This document shows, in pieces, positions 28,824 to 39,355 of a DNA stretch of 64,000 bases. Within the stretch, counting starts at the first letter, position 1. Every line of letters begins with the position of its first letter. Below the pieces are notes generated by a model. It saw only the letters and a program-made list of their open reading frames with translations. It made no database searches and was not told where the DNA came from. The position numbers and the translations under genes were made by a program. Origin of the DNA: a virus (taxonomy: Duplodnaviria; Heunggongvirae; Uroviricota; Caudoviricetes); the IMG/VR virus record IMGVR_UViG_2541047938_000006. One strand, written 5' to 3'.

Positions 28824-29386
28824 CAGTAAAACCTTTGTCTGCGGACAGGATTGCGGTATGAGGAGTACGGACTTGTCGCCAGTGTGTCGCGATATGCCCG
28901 ACGGATACCCTCAGAAAACAGCACAGAGAAATACTGTGCGCGCGACGGGTCTGACCATGAAACCCCGGTCTGCATGAACAACCGTTCAAGCGCCCCTGCA
29001 GCCACTTCTTCAGACCATGCCCGCAGTTCATCCTGCACCTGACGGCTCCCTGCTTTCGGAGCAACGGCATAAAGCACACTCACCTCTCCGGGCGAACAGG
29101 CAAAATGCATTACCCGCCCCGGGCGGATTTCCACATCATGACCGGCAAAAAGCTCACGCCCGTCAGCGAGGATACGAATAATATGTACGCACTCTTCATT
29201 CTCCGCATCATATGGCAGCACACAGTCCTCTCCGGCTGACGGTGACAGCGTGGCTTCACGGCGGCACAACAGGGACTGACGGCAGAATGCCACTGCCGAC
29301 ATGGATAACGCATCCGTCATCATAATGTTCAGCGGACCACTGATATGGCGACGGACATACGGTAAAAAATCAGTCAGTTCCGCCAT
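28823..29386 (-). CDS. Hypothetical virion protein
   Basis: ORF track 28823..29446; likely start at MAELTDF (29386) overlapping upstream stop. Confidence 0.4.
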   Translation of the reverse strand: MAELTDFLPYVRRHISGPLNIMMTDALSMSAVAFCRQSLLCRREATLSPSAGEDCVLPYDAENEECVHIIRILADGRELFAGHDVEIRPGRVMHFACSPGEVSVLYAVAPKAGSRQVQDELRAWSEEVAAGALERLFMQTGVSWSDPSRAQYFSVLFSEGIRRAYRDTLATSPYSSYRNPVRRQRFY

Positions 29387-29831
29387 GCTGTTCAGTCTCC
29401 GCAACACGACGGCGAAATGCCTCACGCACACGGACACGAAATGCATCAGCCGTTTCTTTCGGGTCTTTGTGAATATTCAGCTCTTCTGCCTCACACAACG
29501 TTGCCAGCCGTGCGGACGTGAGTTTGCTCAAATCCACATCCTGACCACCAACGCTAACCACAAAACTGTTCTCCGCTTCTGCAAGAGCAACCTGTTCTCT
29601 TTCCTGCGCCTGCTGTGCCTGCCGCAACTGCTCATCCTGTTGTTGCTTTTTGAGCACACCATCAAGCTCTTCATGACGAACCCAGACATCCGGAAAGGCC
29701 AGCAACTGCCAGGCAAGCGCGCTGTCAACATGCACCGGCTCAAGACGCGGGAACAGTGTACGACTCCCGGTAAGGGTATCCTTTTTCACGGGTTTGGGGC
29801 CGATATAGACAACGGCAATTTTCTCGCTCAT
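29370..29831 (-). CDS. Hypothetical virion protein
   Basis: 153-aa ORF with RBS GGGGAA; Q/E-rich central region. Confidence 0.4.
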   Translation of the reverse strand: MSEKIAVVYIGPKPVKKDTLTGSRTLFPRLEPVHVDSALAWQLLAFPDVWVRHEELDGVLKKQQQDEQLRQAQQAQEREQVALAEAENSFVVSVGGQDVDLSKLTSARLATLCEAEELNIHKDPKETADAFRVRVREAFRRRVAETEQHGGTD

Positions 29832-29881
29832 ATAATTCCCCGGATAAAAAAGCCCGCATGACGCGGGCCGGAAGGTTTATA

Positions 29882-30274
29882 TCAGTATCCCACCACGGTA
29901 TAACGCAGCAGAACATTCAGGGTACCGGTCGCAGCAGCTGTCTTAATGGTGACCGTAACCAGCTCTCCATCACTCTGTGTGGTGTACGGCTCCACTGGCA
30001 CATATTTAGCAAAGCTGGCAGTTACTGCACCACTGTCACCAATGAGCTCATGCTTGCCAGATTTAACGCTGACGGTCGCCGTACCACCAAGACCACCTTT
30101 TGAAATCAGTTGGATCCCATTAATGCGAACGCCAGTCGGCAGTGAGAGAAGATTAATAACGGTTTCCTGTTCGGCAGCATTCACTGTAAACACACCTTCT
30201 GCCACCGACTCATTACCATGCGTACCTGAATAAACCCGCTCACTCAGTGACGGAGCAAGGATAGTCTTTGCCAT
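29882..30274 (-). CDS. Hypothetical head-associated protein
   Basis: 130-aa ORF immediately downstream of capsid gene. Confidence 0.4.
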   Translation of the reverse strand: MAKTILAPSLSERVYSGTHGNESVAEGVFTVNAAEQETVINLLSLPTGVRINGIQLISKGGLGGTATVSVKSGKHELIGDSGAVTASFAKYVPVEPYTTQSDGELVTVTIKTAAATGTLNVLLRYTVVGY

Positions 30275-30328
30275 AATTAATGACTCCTGAAAAAGCCGGG
30301 CGATAACCCGGCATGGGGAAAGGAAAAA

Positions 30329-31543
30329 TCACAGCTTCACTGCGGTATCAACGGCAATAACGCCGTGATCCTGCATCTTGCCGCTCTTCTCGGGGAAACG
30401 GATTTTTTTCAGACCGTTGATCCAGCTGATTGCTATCTCAGTACGGTTATCCATATCCGTTTTCTTCTCAACCATGTTGAAGTGGCCGCCGCCCTTCTGG
30501 CCGTACGCATTCGCCAGCGCCTGAGCCCCCAGCAGCATGGCACGGTCGATGTTGGTCTTGGCCTGCTTCTCCTCTGTGGTTGCTGCCATATCGTTTTTCG
30601 ATACAAGGACCTTTGAGTCCTTATAGAAACGGATCGGCATCCCCGCATACTTACGGACCAGAATATTGCGCCACATCGCACATTCGCCTTTGAACAGCGG
30701 ATGGTTAAACCCTTTTGAGCGGTTTACGGCACGCGTCATCATCTGGTTCCAGTCCTTGCCGGACGTGGAGGTGTACCAGTCATTCCACTGACGCGGCGTG
30801 ACGTAGAGGACGTAATACGGATCTTCGCCATACAGCTCATCACCGGACAGGCGTACCGGTTGTAACGGATGAGCCATCTCGTCAATAAACAACGAGAGAT
30901 TATCGACCAGCGCAAGAGTGAACAGGTCAGACTGGTCAATACCTTCAAAACTCGTCGCATCCCCACCGAAAAAATGACGATCATGCGTCGGCGGCAGTAC
31001 GTCGTTGATCATGATTTTTTTGAATTCAGGGTGATCTGCCGTTGGCAGAATGGTGTCATCAGCAACAAAATCACCGCGGGCACCGGCAAGATGCACTATC
31101 GCACACTGGTCCTGCAGGTCGTTAAAGTACGTACCCAGCAGCGTTCTGGCAGAGGATGCCAGGTTGAACTTCGTACGCTGCTGGCTCATACGTCCGCCCG
31201 CATCCACCAGGTGACGGCCCTGATTAATTTTCAGGGAAAAATCAGCATGGCTGAGGTCTTCACCACGGCCTTCAACGCGCTCATCCCCCATCGTCGGACG
31301 TTTAGAGAGTTTGTGCATGATGCTGAATGTCACTTCATCACCGGCCTGTTTGTTGAGGTCCGTGATTCGCACAACCGGTGCACCGGCACTGGTCTGCTTC
31401 GTGCTTTTCTTGTCAGGCGAAACTGCTTTTGGTGCATCCTGCTGTTCAGTGAGTATATTCACCATTGAGCGGTTGCGGTTGGCAGCCGTGAAAAGCGCCA
31501 CCTGATACAGCTTATTCGCCTGGGCTGTTGTTACTGTGGTCAT
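30329..31543 (-). CDS. Major capsid protein
   Basis: 404-aa ORF following scaffold-like acidic protein and portal; size and position typical. Confidence 0.65.
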   Translation of the reverse strand: MTTVTTAQANKLYQVALFTAANRNRSMVNILTEQQDAPKAVSPDKKSTKQTSAGAPVVRITDLNKQAGDEVTFSIMHKLSKRPTMGDERVEGRGEDLSHADFSLKINQGRHLVDAGGRMSQQRTKFNLASSARTLLGTYFNDLQDQCAIVHLAGARGDFVADDTILPTADHPEFKKIMINDVLPPTHDRHFFGGDATSFEGIDQSDLFTLALVDNLSLFIDEMAHPLQPVRLSGDELYGEDPYYVLYVTPRQWNDWYTSTSGKDWNQMMTRAVNRSKGFNHPLFKGECAMWRNILVRKYAGMPIRFYKDSKVLVSKNDMAATTEEKQAKTNIDRAMLLGAQALANAYGQKGGGHFNMVEKKTDMDNRTEIAISWINGLKKIRFPEKSGKMQDHGVIAVDTAVKL

Positions 31544-31565
31544 TACGTCAGTACTCCTTCAGTGG

Positions 31566-32573
31566 TTACCCGAGTTTTTCCAGAATCGCGTCAATTTCAG
31601 CGTCCGTCATGCCTCGCATGGCGGCTTCAATTTCGGTATGGGAAGCACCAAGTAACCGTTCAAAATTATCACCGGTTCCGACGGAAGCCGTGTTGCCAAG
31701 CTCTGACGGGGAAGCAGGCACTGCCATCTCCCGTTCAGCGGCTTTCACTTTTTCTTCCGCCGTTTTCCGGATATCCGTGTTGTCTGCCTTGTCATCAGAA
31801 GGCGGCTCACTGGCTTCACCGAAAGCAAGCTGCGTACGGCGGGCCACTTCGGCGAAACGTTCAGTGAGCGGTTTGTCTTTCCATGCGGGGTCATTCTGGA
31901 GCTTCCCGTCGATGGATACGGCAACCGAGAAGCGATCCGGATCGGAGTTCTGCCACGTTTTCAGCACCGGCACGGCATTCATCGCATCAAGAACCGGTGA
32001 TAAATCCTCACCACCATGACCTTCTGCCTGCTGTGCTGATTGCTGAACACGGGACTGGAGATAGTTATTTTTACGGATGAGCGAAGCCACCGCGTCACCA
32101 ATTTCCGGATACATCTCCCTGATACGGGCAATCTTCTCATCAGAGATTTTTTCGTTTTCCGGTAACGGTGCGGGTTTCATACCGGCCTGGTGGATCTGAG
32201 ACGTCAGCAGTTCAACCAGGCGTTTTTCTTCGGCTATCTGTCCCCGAAGAAGTGCGGCTTCCTGTTCGGCCCGCTGCTTACCGGAACGTTCAGCCTCAAG
32301 GACTTCATAGGGAATGACGTGTTTACCATCGCGGGTGAGCACACCCTTCGCCTCCGGCTCCTTCACGTCCTGCGTCTGCTCAGCACTGGCATCCGGCGTC
32401 GGTGCCGCAGTGTTATCGCCCGTCTGTGTCTGTGCTGCCTCATCCGCATGATTTTCTGTGGCGGCCTCTGTCACGCCGTCCTGTTCGTGACCGTCAATAT
32501 CCACATCCCCAAGCCCTTCCAGCATTTTTTCCAGTTGTTCAGGGGTTTCTTCACCCGTAAATTCAAAATCCAT
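31566..32573 (-). CDS. Scaffolding protein (acidic, helical)
   Basis: 335-aa highly acidic ORF between portal and capsid. Confidence 0.5.
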   Translation of the reverse strand: MDFEFTGEETPEQLEKMLEGLGDVDIDGHEQDGVTEAATENHADEAAQTQTGDNTAAPTPDASAEQTQDVKEPEAKGVLTRDGKHVIPYEVLEAERSGKQRAEQEAALLRGQIAEEKRLVELLTSQIHQAGMKPAPLPENEKISDEKIARIREMYPEIGDAVASLIRKNNYLQSRVQQSAQQAEGHGGEDLSPVLDAMNAVPVLKTWQNSDPDRFSVAVSIDGKLQNDPAWKDKPLTERFAEVARRTQLAFGEASEPPSDDKADNTDIRKTAEEKVKAAEREMAVPASPSELGNTASVGTGDNFERLLGASHTEIEAAMRGMTDAEIDAILEKLG

Positions 32574-32730
32574 AAATAACTCCGCATGGTCTGTTTATCG
32601 GACAGATCCGAATGGTTGAGTAAATAAGGCTTATCGCTGCCCCCGCGAATAAGCGCACCGCTCCCGGAACGCTTATCTCCGGAAACAAAAAACCCCGTAC
32701 GATGACGGGGTTCCGTTAAGTTCAGGATTT

Positions 32731-34875
32731 TCAGAGCGGCATTTCATGCATCCGCTGTTGTAGTGTATGCAGCATCTGTTGCTGAAGAACTTCCTGCTCC
32801 TGTTCCATATTCTGTATGCCGGTAATGATTTCTGCCGTATGTGCCTGGTTAAGCGCATCCACATAACGCTGTCCCTGTGCCGCGGCGACATCCCGTTGTG
32901 CGCCAGCATTATCCCGTTGCGCAGCCGCGCGTGCCCTGGCAGCTTCTGCTTCCAGTTTAGCCACCCGGCCTGTCATTTCGCGCATCTGAAGTTCTGCCTG
33001 CTGTTGCTCCAGCGCCTGCTGTTGTGCTGCCGCTTCCTGCTCTTCCGGAGTCATCTCATCCGGTGATTTTGGCGTCCCCAGCGCCGCACGAATACGTTCG
33101 ACAAATTCCTGTTTCTGCGGCACATCCAGAAGGTTAACCCACAGGTCGAGCACGACGGCCTGCACCTGAGGTGGCAGCCCCTGAATAACCTCTGACATTC
33201 GCTGTGCAAGCTGTGCCTTAAACGCCGGTGTCTGCTGAACAGGAGCCAGCGCAATATGTGTATTTAACCTTGAAATATCATTGGTCAGTTCACCATTATC
33301 ACCTTCAGCATTGAGGACAATGGTCTGGCGACGCTGACGATCATCGCGATTAATCACCACCGCATGATTGCGCCGCTTTTTCAGGTCATCAAGAAGATAA
33401 GCGAGCAACAGCCTTCCCACCTGCTGGCAGGCAAACTGGTAGTTATCGTTGATTTCGGCAAGGGTTGTGGCTCCCTGCTCCACCAGGTTGCTGATCGCCA
33501 CACCGGACGATGCATTTGAATCCTGCCCGAGAAATGCGGAATAAACCCCCATCGTGTCCTGGATAAGTTTTTCCGACTCCTGCATGACCTGAAACTGCTG
33601 GCTGGCAACCTGAAAATCCTGTTCAACCCGGAAAACATCAGCAACGCTTTTCTGATTTTTTCGGGCCGGATTCAGTTTAATAATGCCATCCGGACGCTCG
33701 ATCTGCTCCATCAGCTCGTTGTCTGACAACTGGGTGGCATCCTCGTCCATAATCACGCGTTTGGCCTGAAGCAACCACGTCAGTTTTATACGACGAAAAT
33801 TCACCTCATCCTGTGCCGGAATGGCCCGGGAAATCAGCCCGTAAGGCTCCCCGGTTTTATCCTTCCGGTATCCCCAGAAGGGAACCAGCGGGAACATCCC
33901 CTGCGGCGCACTGCAGGGGCGATCCACAATAAAGTGCGGTCCCACAAACCAGGCTTCACGAATACGACTTACCCGCCCGACTCTCACCTGCACCCGCCCG
34001 GATGCCACAGCCACCGCATGCATCAGATTATTTTTATCAAAGGCCACCACCCGTCCATTACTGAGTTCAATCACCGGAAGACGCTCGAATGTACGGTAAT
34101 AAACCACCTGAAGCAGCACACGACGGCGTTCACGCTGAAGCCATTCGTTCTGCTGTCGATCCCATGACTGATACTCTTCCCATGCACTCATCAACGGACT
34201 GGGCTGGCCTTCAGTAACCGTGGTATCGACAAAACCACGCCAGTCATCAATGGCATAATCGATAACCTGAGCCATTCCCGGAAATGTGGCTTTTGCCTCA
34301 TCGGTATCCATCCAGCGGCGGCGCATCAGCCAGCGGCAGTCACTTAAATCAGCCTCCCGGCTGAGCCAGTCCCAGAACACTTCATTCCGGCTGACAGTAG
34401 ACACCTTAAACTCAGGCCCGAACGGATCGCTGTTCCGTCTGACCTCCACCCAGCTGAGCCCCGCTTTGATTTGTTCCGCATAGGCATCAGAACGGGCTTT
34501 ATTCATATTTCCAAGGCGGCAAGCATCGGCAAATTCAGCATTAATAGCTTCAGCCAGTTTTTCTGTTTCATCATCAGGATCATCTGATATCACCAACAGA
34601 TCAGTCCGCGTTTTGGCCTCCATACCCAGAACACCATCAACGGTAGGCGCGATGAGGTTATGGATGGTCATCGGCTGACCGCGATCTTTCAACACCTGGA
34701 GAACTTCCGGTGGCAACTGGTCACCATCGTAATACGCACAGGCCTTGTTTGCGGCATCGCGCCATTTAGGCTGACTGTCAATATCAGAACAAAGCGCCTG
34801 TAACTGGCGCTGAGAAAAACGCGGCGTGGCTCCGTTGTCGTTTTTCGTCGCCATGGTATTAGTTTCATTTTTCAT
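32731..34875 (-). CDS. Portal protein
   Basis: 714-aa ORF directly downstream of terminase large subunit, start overlapping its stop. Confidence 0.7.
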   Translation of the reverse strand: MKNETNTMATKNDNGATPRFSQRQLQALCSDIDSQPKWRDAANKACAYYDGDQLPPEVLQVLKDRGQPMTIHNLIAPTVDGVLGMEAKTRTDLLVISDDPDDETEKLAEAINAEFADACRLGNMNKARSDAYAEQIKAGLSWVEVRRNSDPFGPEFKVSTVSRNEVFWDWLSREADLSDCRWLMRRRWMDTDEAKATFPGMAQVIDYAIDDWRGFVDTTVTEGQPSPLMSAWEEYQSWDRQQNEWLQRERRRVLLQVVYYRTFERLPVIELSNGRVVAFDKNNLMHAVAVASGRVQVRVGRVSRIREAWFVGPHFIVDRPCSAPQGMFPLVPFWGYRKDKTGEPYGLISRAIPAQDEVNFRRIKLTWLLQAKRVIMDEDATQLSDNELMEQIERPDGIIKLNPARKNQKSVADVFRVEQDFQVASQQFQVMQESEKLIQDTMGVYSAFLGQDSNASSGVAISNLVEQGATTLAEINDNYQFACQQVGRLLLAYLLDDLKKRRNHAVVINRDDRQRRQTIVLNAEGDNGELTNDISRLNTHIALAPVQQTPAFKAQLAQRMSEVIQGLPPQVQAVVLDLWVNLLDVPQKQEFVERIRAALGTPKSPDEMTPEEQEAAAQQQALEQQQAELQMREMTGRVAKLEAEAARARAAAQRDNAGAQRDVAAAQGQRYVDALNQAHTAEIITGIQNMEQEQEVLQQQMLHTLQQRMHEMPL

Positions 34876-36581
34876 CAGTGAGCCATCCAGTGTGTGGTTC
34901 TGCGTTTATCCGTTTTCTGTTTTACCCTCACCGGCATTCTGGCGCGCATCTCCTGGGCAATCATGTAGCTCATAAGCTGATCATCAAAACAGCCTTCCTG
35001 TGCATTCATGGAGCCTTTCGCGTCATAAACGTAGGTGTTCATTTCTGATAATGTGCCCGACCAGCGGATCCCCGACAGGCCGTTATTCAGCAGCGTTTTC
35101 ATTCCCTCTGTCAGGACCGGTTTACTCTGGCGGGTTGTCAGCCAGCCAAGACGGGGCGTATCGTCGTCATATGCCTGGTCAAGGTGCTGTTCGTTGTAGA
35201 TATAACGCGTCGGATAGAGTTCCCTGAGTTTCAGGATAACGGCATGTCCGTGATTGTTACGCTCCGGCCCCACAAACGCATTGTTGTACATACGGCAGAC
35301 CTGCGCAATGAGATGAGCGAAAAGCTCCGCATCGAGATGACCAAACCAGTGAGCCACCTGCTCACCATTACTGCATCTGATGATATCCAGCGATGAGCGG
35401 TCTCCGTGCTCCAGCCCCTCAGCGGTATCCGCTCCGCATACATACTCTTCATCCGGATCCGGCAGCTCCCAGACCAGCAGATAATTCATCAGCGTCCGGT
35501 GCTGTTCGGCTTTATTCCCGTCACGCAGAGACTGCGCTTTGGTCTTCGTTCCTGTAACCGGTTCAATGTCATAAACAATCAGCGGTGGCGAACAGAATGA
35601 CTCTGCCTGCAGCGTGCTTTCCGCACTGAACACCCGTCGTCCTGACGTCAGAAACGCCTCCTGTGGCGTTGAGGGAAATTCCTGCTTCATTTCCTCACGC
35701 TGTTCAGTTTCCTTGCAGATGTACCAGTGTTTCTGCTCATCGGTAAGCGTGATGTTCATTGCTTTTTCAACCGCAGAAAAATACGCTGTTTTTTCCCGTG
35801 ACAGCTTAAGTCCGCTTTCCGGCACTCTGGCGCTGTATTTGAGATCCTGCCACCAGGCGTAAAAATGGAATTTATAATCCTGTGGCGTCAGCGCCAGCCC
35901 TGATGCAGTGATTTCCTGTGCCCGGTTACTCATCTCGTAAAAATCGCCACCCACACCTTCAGCAGTGGATTCATCAAAAATAATGCATTCATCAGAGACG
36001 GCATTAAGCGTACCGGTTCGCAGCTCTTTCGCCTTAGCCGGATATTTCGCGCAAATTTTGCCGTGTTCTGAGATATGCAGGCGCTGCACCGTACCTGAGC
36101 GAAATGAGGTTGCCACCTGAATACTCGAGCCGTGACCAAACAGGATATAGCCACCGCTGGCACCGCTACGACGTTCAACGATGGTGAATGAGGCTCTCAG
36201 CCAGTCAGGGAGATGATCAAACGGTACAGCAATTTTTGTGCGGAAAATTTCACTGGCAGCCTGTTTATCCTGAGCGACGATCCCGCATTTGAGATGCGGA
36301 ATGAATAATGCCTGGTCGAGAAGATAAATATCAATGGCTGTGGAAAATCCCAGCTGGCGCGCTTTCAGGATAATGTTTTTATTGTGCATGCTCCGGAACA
36401 ACTGGCGCTGCGCCGGTCGCATTCTGAAGGTGACCAGCTCACCTTTTTCGTTCTGTATTTTGTAGAGATGATTGAGCCGCCACCAGGGATTGCTCAGTTT
36501 AGTCATGATGAACAGACGTTGTTCGGTCCCGGTCATTTCTGACGGTTCATCACATCGCGGTTCATTCTTCCGGAATGTCAT
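34875..36581 (-). CDS. Terminase large subunit
   Basis: 568-aa ORF with ATPase-like N-terminal region and nuclease-like C-terminal region; precedes portal. Confidence 0.75.
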   Translation of the reverse strand: MTFRKNEPRCDEPSEMTGTEQRLFIMTKLSNPWWRLNHLYKIQNEKGELVTFRMRPAQRQLFRSMHNKNIILKARQLGFSTAIDIYLLDQALFIPHLKCGIVAQDKQAASEIFRTKIAVPFDHLPDWLRASFTIVERRSGASGGYILFGHGSSIQVATSFRSGTVQRLHISEHGKICAKYPAKAKELRTGTLNAVSDECIIFDESTAEGVGGDFYEMSNRAQEITASGLALTPQDYKFHFYAWWQDLKYSARVPESGLKLSREKTAYFSAVEKAMNITLTDEQKHWYICKETEQREEMKQEFPSTPQEAFLTSGRRVFSAESTLQAESFCSPPLIVYDIEPVTGTKTKAQSLRDGNKAEQHRTLMNYLLVWELPDPDEEYVCGADTAEGLEHGDRSSLDIIRCSNGEQVAHWFGHLDAELFAHLIAQVCRMYNNAFVGPERNNHGHAVILKLRELYPTRYIYNEQHLDQAYDDDTPRLGWLTTRQSKPVLTEGMKTLLNNGLSGIRWSGTLSEMNTYVYDAKGSMNAQEGCFDDQLMSYMIAQEMRARMPVRVKQKTDKRRTTHWMAH

Positions 36582-37368
36582 CCAGTCTCCCCGAATTACT
36601 CATTTCATGCAGCGATGACACGATGTCACTGACAGGCGTAACAACGCCCCGACGCTGGCTGGTCAGAATATCGGTTTCCGCTCTGAGTTTATCTCTGGCA
36701 GCGTTGATTCTTTCCCGGTCAGCACGAAGTTTTGGTGCTGTTTCCGCCAGAACGTCCAGCGTCAGCAATGAGCGTTCAATTGACTCGATACGGGCAATAT
36801 TCCGGTCAAGGGCCTGTTCTGCTTTGAGTATTTTGTCGTACAGGGCAACACGGGTTTCCACGTCAGCCGCCTCTTTCAGGTCGGCGAACATTTTTTTCAG
36901 TGTTCCTGTTACTGAAAGTGCGCGGGCACGGGTGAACACCAGTTCATCGAACAGCACCATATCGGACGCATCATCCATGAGGTTATCTGCCTCAAGATAC
37001 TTCGCATATCCACGGTGTCTCACGGCGTGGGTGTTACGGTCGCTAAACCGGGCAACGGGGTGAGGATTGCCCGATCTGCTGTTGCGTTTCGTTTCTGCCG
37101 AATTTGCGCAGTTTTTTTCAGAATTTTTTGCGCATTTTTCATCGTCGGAACCCGCGTCATTGCTGGGTTCTTCATCTGAGATGTCATGATCGATTTCATG
37201 ATCGGTTTTATGATCGATTTCATGATCGATTTTGCCCATTTTTATACGGGTTCTGGCGGTGTTGTAATTAATCTTTTTCTTACGGCACCACTCCAGTAAT
37301 GTTATTCCCGTTTCGGCATGTTCGCGTCGGAATGCCTGCTCCAGTTTTTTCCAGTCCAGCTTTGCCAT
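36562..37368 (-). CDS. Terminase small subunit (putative), contains 4 tandem 12-bp repeats
   Basis: 268-aa ORF immediately upstream of terminase large subunit with overlapping stop/start; internal repeats 37185-37232. Confidence 0.45.
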   Translation of the reverse strand: MAKLDWKKLEQAFRREHAETGITLLEWCRKKKINYNTARTRIKMGKIDHEIDHKTDHEIDHDISDEEPSNDAGSDDEKCAKNSEKNCANSAETKRNSRSGNPHPVARFSDRNTHAVRHRGYAKYLEADNLMDDASDMVLFDELVFTRARALSVTGTLKKMFADLKEAADVETRVALYDKILKAEQALDRNIARIESIERSLLTLDVLAETAPKLRADRERINAARDKLRAETDILTSQRRGVVTPVSDIVSSLHEMSNSGRLDDIPEE

Positions 37369-37667
37369 GTCACTTTCTGACGTCCTCTGTTAAAAACTGA
37401 CGCATAATGACCGCTGTGATTTTTCAGAATTCACACAGCAGCGTCTTGTTTGATTGATATTTACACAATATGGTTGTTTTATCCGGTTTCTTCCACCACC
37501 GCACCGGACAGGCGGCCATGCGGGAAAACGCTCACGTTACCTGAAAACGTGGAAAGCCCGGTGTGCATCGTTTTTGATTATCCCCACACACTCGCGCAGG
37601 AGGTCCAGTGTCTGGCTGAGGTCTCTGTTAATGCGGGAATACGGCGACGATACGGCGCATGGCTATG

Positions 37668-38219
37668 TCAGGCTGAAATGCCTTTATCAAATCCGGGTAA
37701 CGCAATCTGCCCCTGCTGCTCCAGCCTGTCCAGCCTTGCCAGCAACTGAGGCTTCTTCACCCTGCCCCAGCGATTGAGCAAACGACCTGACATACTGGCG
37801 ACATCTTTCTCTTTCATGTACTCCAGCATTACAGCGTTGCGCTCCGCCTCCAGATTCGCCAGACCTTGCTGAATAAGCTCAGCCATCCAGTTGAAAGCCT
37901 GAATGTACGCTTCCTTAAAGGTCATAGCAGCTTTCCCCGTAAAACCAAATACCAACATCGTCCAACCGTCTTTTGTCATTCGATATATGGGCTGGGGTTT
38001 ACCGTTCTGTAACTCATTGTTTTCATAGCAAAGCGCAAAATTGCGCTCTGCAAATTCTTTTGAGCATTGTTGAACAACGGCTCTTGTTTTCCGCAATACA
38101 TCTTTGTGTTCTTTGCCAAATGCTACGGCAACCTTTCGGGTATCCGTCACCGGCTCGTTGCCTGTCACAAAAACAAGATCGCGGAAATCAATACCGTTAA
38201 CAATCGTCGGATAGTTCAT
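37668..38219 (-). CDS. Rha-family phage regulatory protein
   Basis: 183-aa ORF; N-terminal region resembles Rha/antirepressor family. Confidence 0.6.
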   Translation of the reverse strand: MNYPTIVNGIDFRDLVFVTGNEPVTDTRKVAVAFGKEHKDVLRKTRAVVQQCSKEFAERNFALCYENNELQNGKPQPIYRMTKDGWTMLVFGFTGKAAMTFKEAYIQAFNWMAELIQQGLANLEAERNAVMLEYMKEKDVASMSGRLLNRWGRVKKPQLLARLDRLEQQGQIALPGFDKGISA

Positions 38220-38362
38220 AGCGTCTTACCTTTCAGAAAATTGAGCCTGTCTCACAGAAAAGCCGCCCCGAGATGGTCGCCACCATATACGGCAGTTCTC
38301 AGGCTCAACTTTCTGAAAGGCTCGGGGATGTGATATGCGCGTGAGATGCGCGATGAAATTCA

Positions 38363-38395
38363 GATATGAAAAAGCCAGCGATTAAGCTGGCTCTG
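38363..38395 (-). terminator. Intrinsic terminator after Rz
   Basis: Hairpin AGCCAGCTTAATCGCTGGCT followed by TTTTTCATAT on minus strand right after Rz stop. Confidence 0.55.
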
Positions 38396-38863
38396 TTAAT
38401 TCAGGCACTGAGTGCGGATATATTCCTGTGCCCCTTCCAGCTGCTTCTGCATTGTCATCAACCGTTCTCTGAGGATGAAATAATCCCGTTCAGCGGTGTC
38501 TGCCAGTCGGGGGCCGGTTGCATTATCCATGCCGGAGGTGCCGGTGGCTTCACGCACGGTACCGGAGCAGGTGGCGTTGATCCGCAGGCGCTTACGACCA
38601 GCAGCAACATCAGCACGCAGAGTTTCATTTTCAGCTCTCGCATCGGCTAATTCCCTCGAGTATTTTGCATCGAGCGCAGCAACATCGCGCTGGCGCACCT
38701 GCATATCAGTAATGGTGGCGTTTGCCAGCTCCAGCTCTCTGGCTTTTTTATCGCGCTGCGCTTTGTAGGTGATGGCGTTATCGCGGTAATGGTCTGTTGC
38801 CAGCCACAGCGCACCACAGCCACCCGCCAGGACAATAATCACCACACACAGAACACGGCTCAT
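38396..38863 (-). CDS. Rz: Rz i-spanin
   Basis: 155 aa; close match to recalled lambda Rz ([16 protein letters not shown]...[16 protein letters not shown]). Confidence 0.9.
   Translation of the reverse strand: MSRVLCVVIIVLAGGCGALWLATDHYRDNAITYKAQRDKKARELELANATITDMQVRQRDVAALDAKYSRELADARAENETLRADVAAGRKRLRINATCSGTVREATGTSGMDNATGPRLADTAERDYFILRERLMTMQKQLEGAQEYIRTQCLN
38458..38643 (-). CDS. Rz1: Rz1 o-spanin lipoprotein embedded in Rz (+1 frame)
   Basis: 61-aa ORF inside Rz; lipobox and proline-rich [25 protein letters not shown] motif matching lambda Rz1. Confidence 0.85.
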   Translation of the reverse strand: MRELKMKLCVLMLLLVVSACGSTPPAPVPCVKPPAPPAWIMQPAPDWQTPLNGIISSSENG

Positions 38864-38870
38864 CTCTCTT

Positions 38871-39000
38871 TCACCCCACCAGTCCCGATAACGTCAGGAC
38901 TCGCCAGGCGGTGGAAAAGAAAATGGCAACCAGCATTAGTGAAAATGAAATGCCGACAATTACACAGAGGATCTTCGCCAGCGTTATGAGTTTGTCTGAC
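38871..39000 (-). CDS. Small membrane protein (43 aa) in lysis cassette
   Basis: [43 protein letters not shown]; strong RBS GGGAGGA 8 nt upstream. Confidence 0.35.
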
Positions 39001-39016
39001 ATGCTTAATCCTCCCT

Positions 39017-39199
39017 TCACGATTTCAACGCAATGACCAGTTTTGCCAGCCCATACAGCATCGGGGACACAGCAACACCGACCGCCACCCACTTAATGGC
39101 AAAAGCCAGTGCTCTGCTGATGTCATCAGTTACAGGCGCTTTCAGTTCAAGGCCGTTTTTCATAGTCAACCTCAACAGAATTCGTTTATACTTTTCCAT
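39017..39199 (-). CDS. Small protein (about 60 aa) in lysis cassette
   Basis: MEKYKRILLRLTMKNG...; RBS GGGAGA upstream; C-terminal hydrophobic segment. Confidence 0.3.
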   Translation of the reverse strand: MEKYKRILLRLTMKNGLELKAPVTDDISRALAFAIKWVAVGVAVSPMLYGLAKLVIALKS

Positions 39200-39355
39200 G
39201 TTCTCCCTTGCCTTATCCAAGGTCAGAAACACAAAACCCCGCTTGCAGCCAACAAACGGGGTTTTTACTTTTATTCACTTAGTTTTTGTCAGTTCGCAGG
39301 ATTTCGTGTTATCCATCCGTGCGAGCAAACCGCATTTTTCAGCAAAATATTCTGC

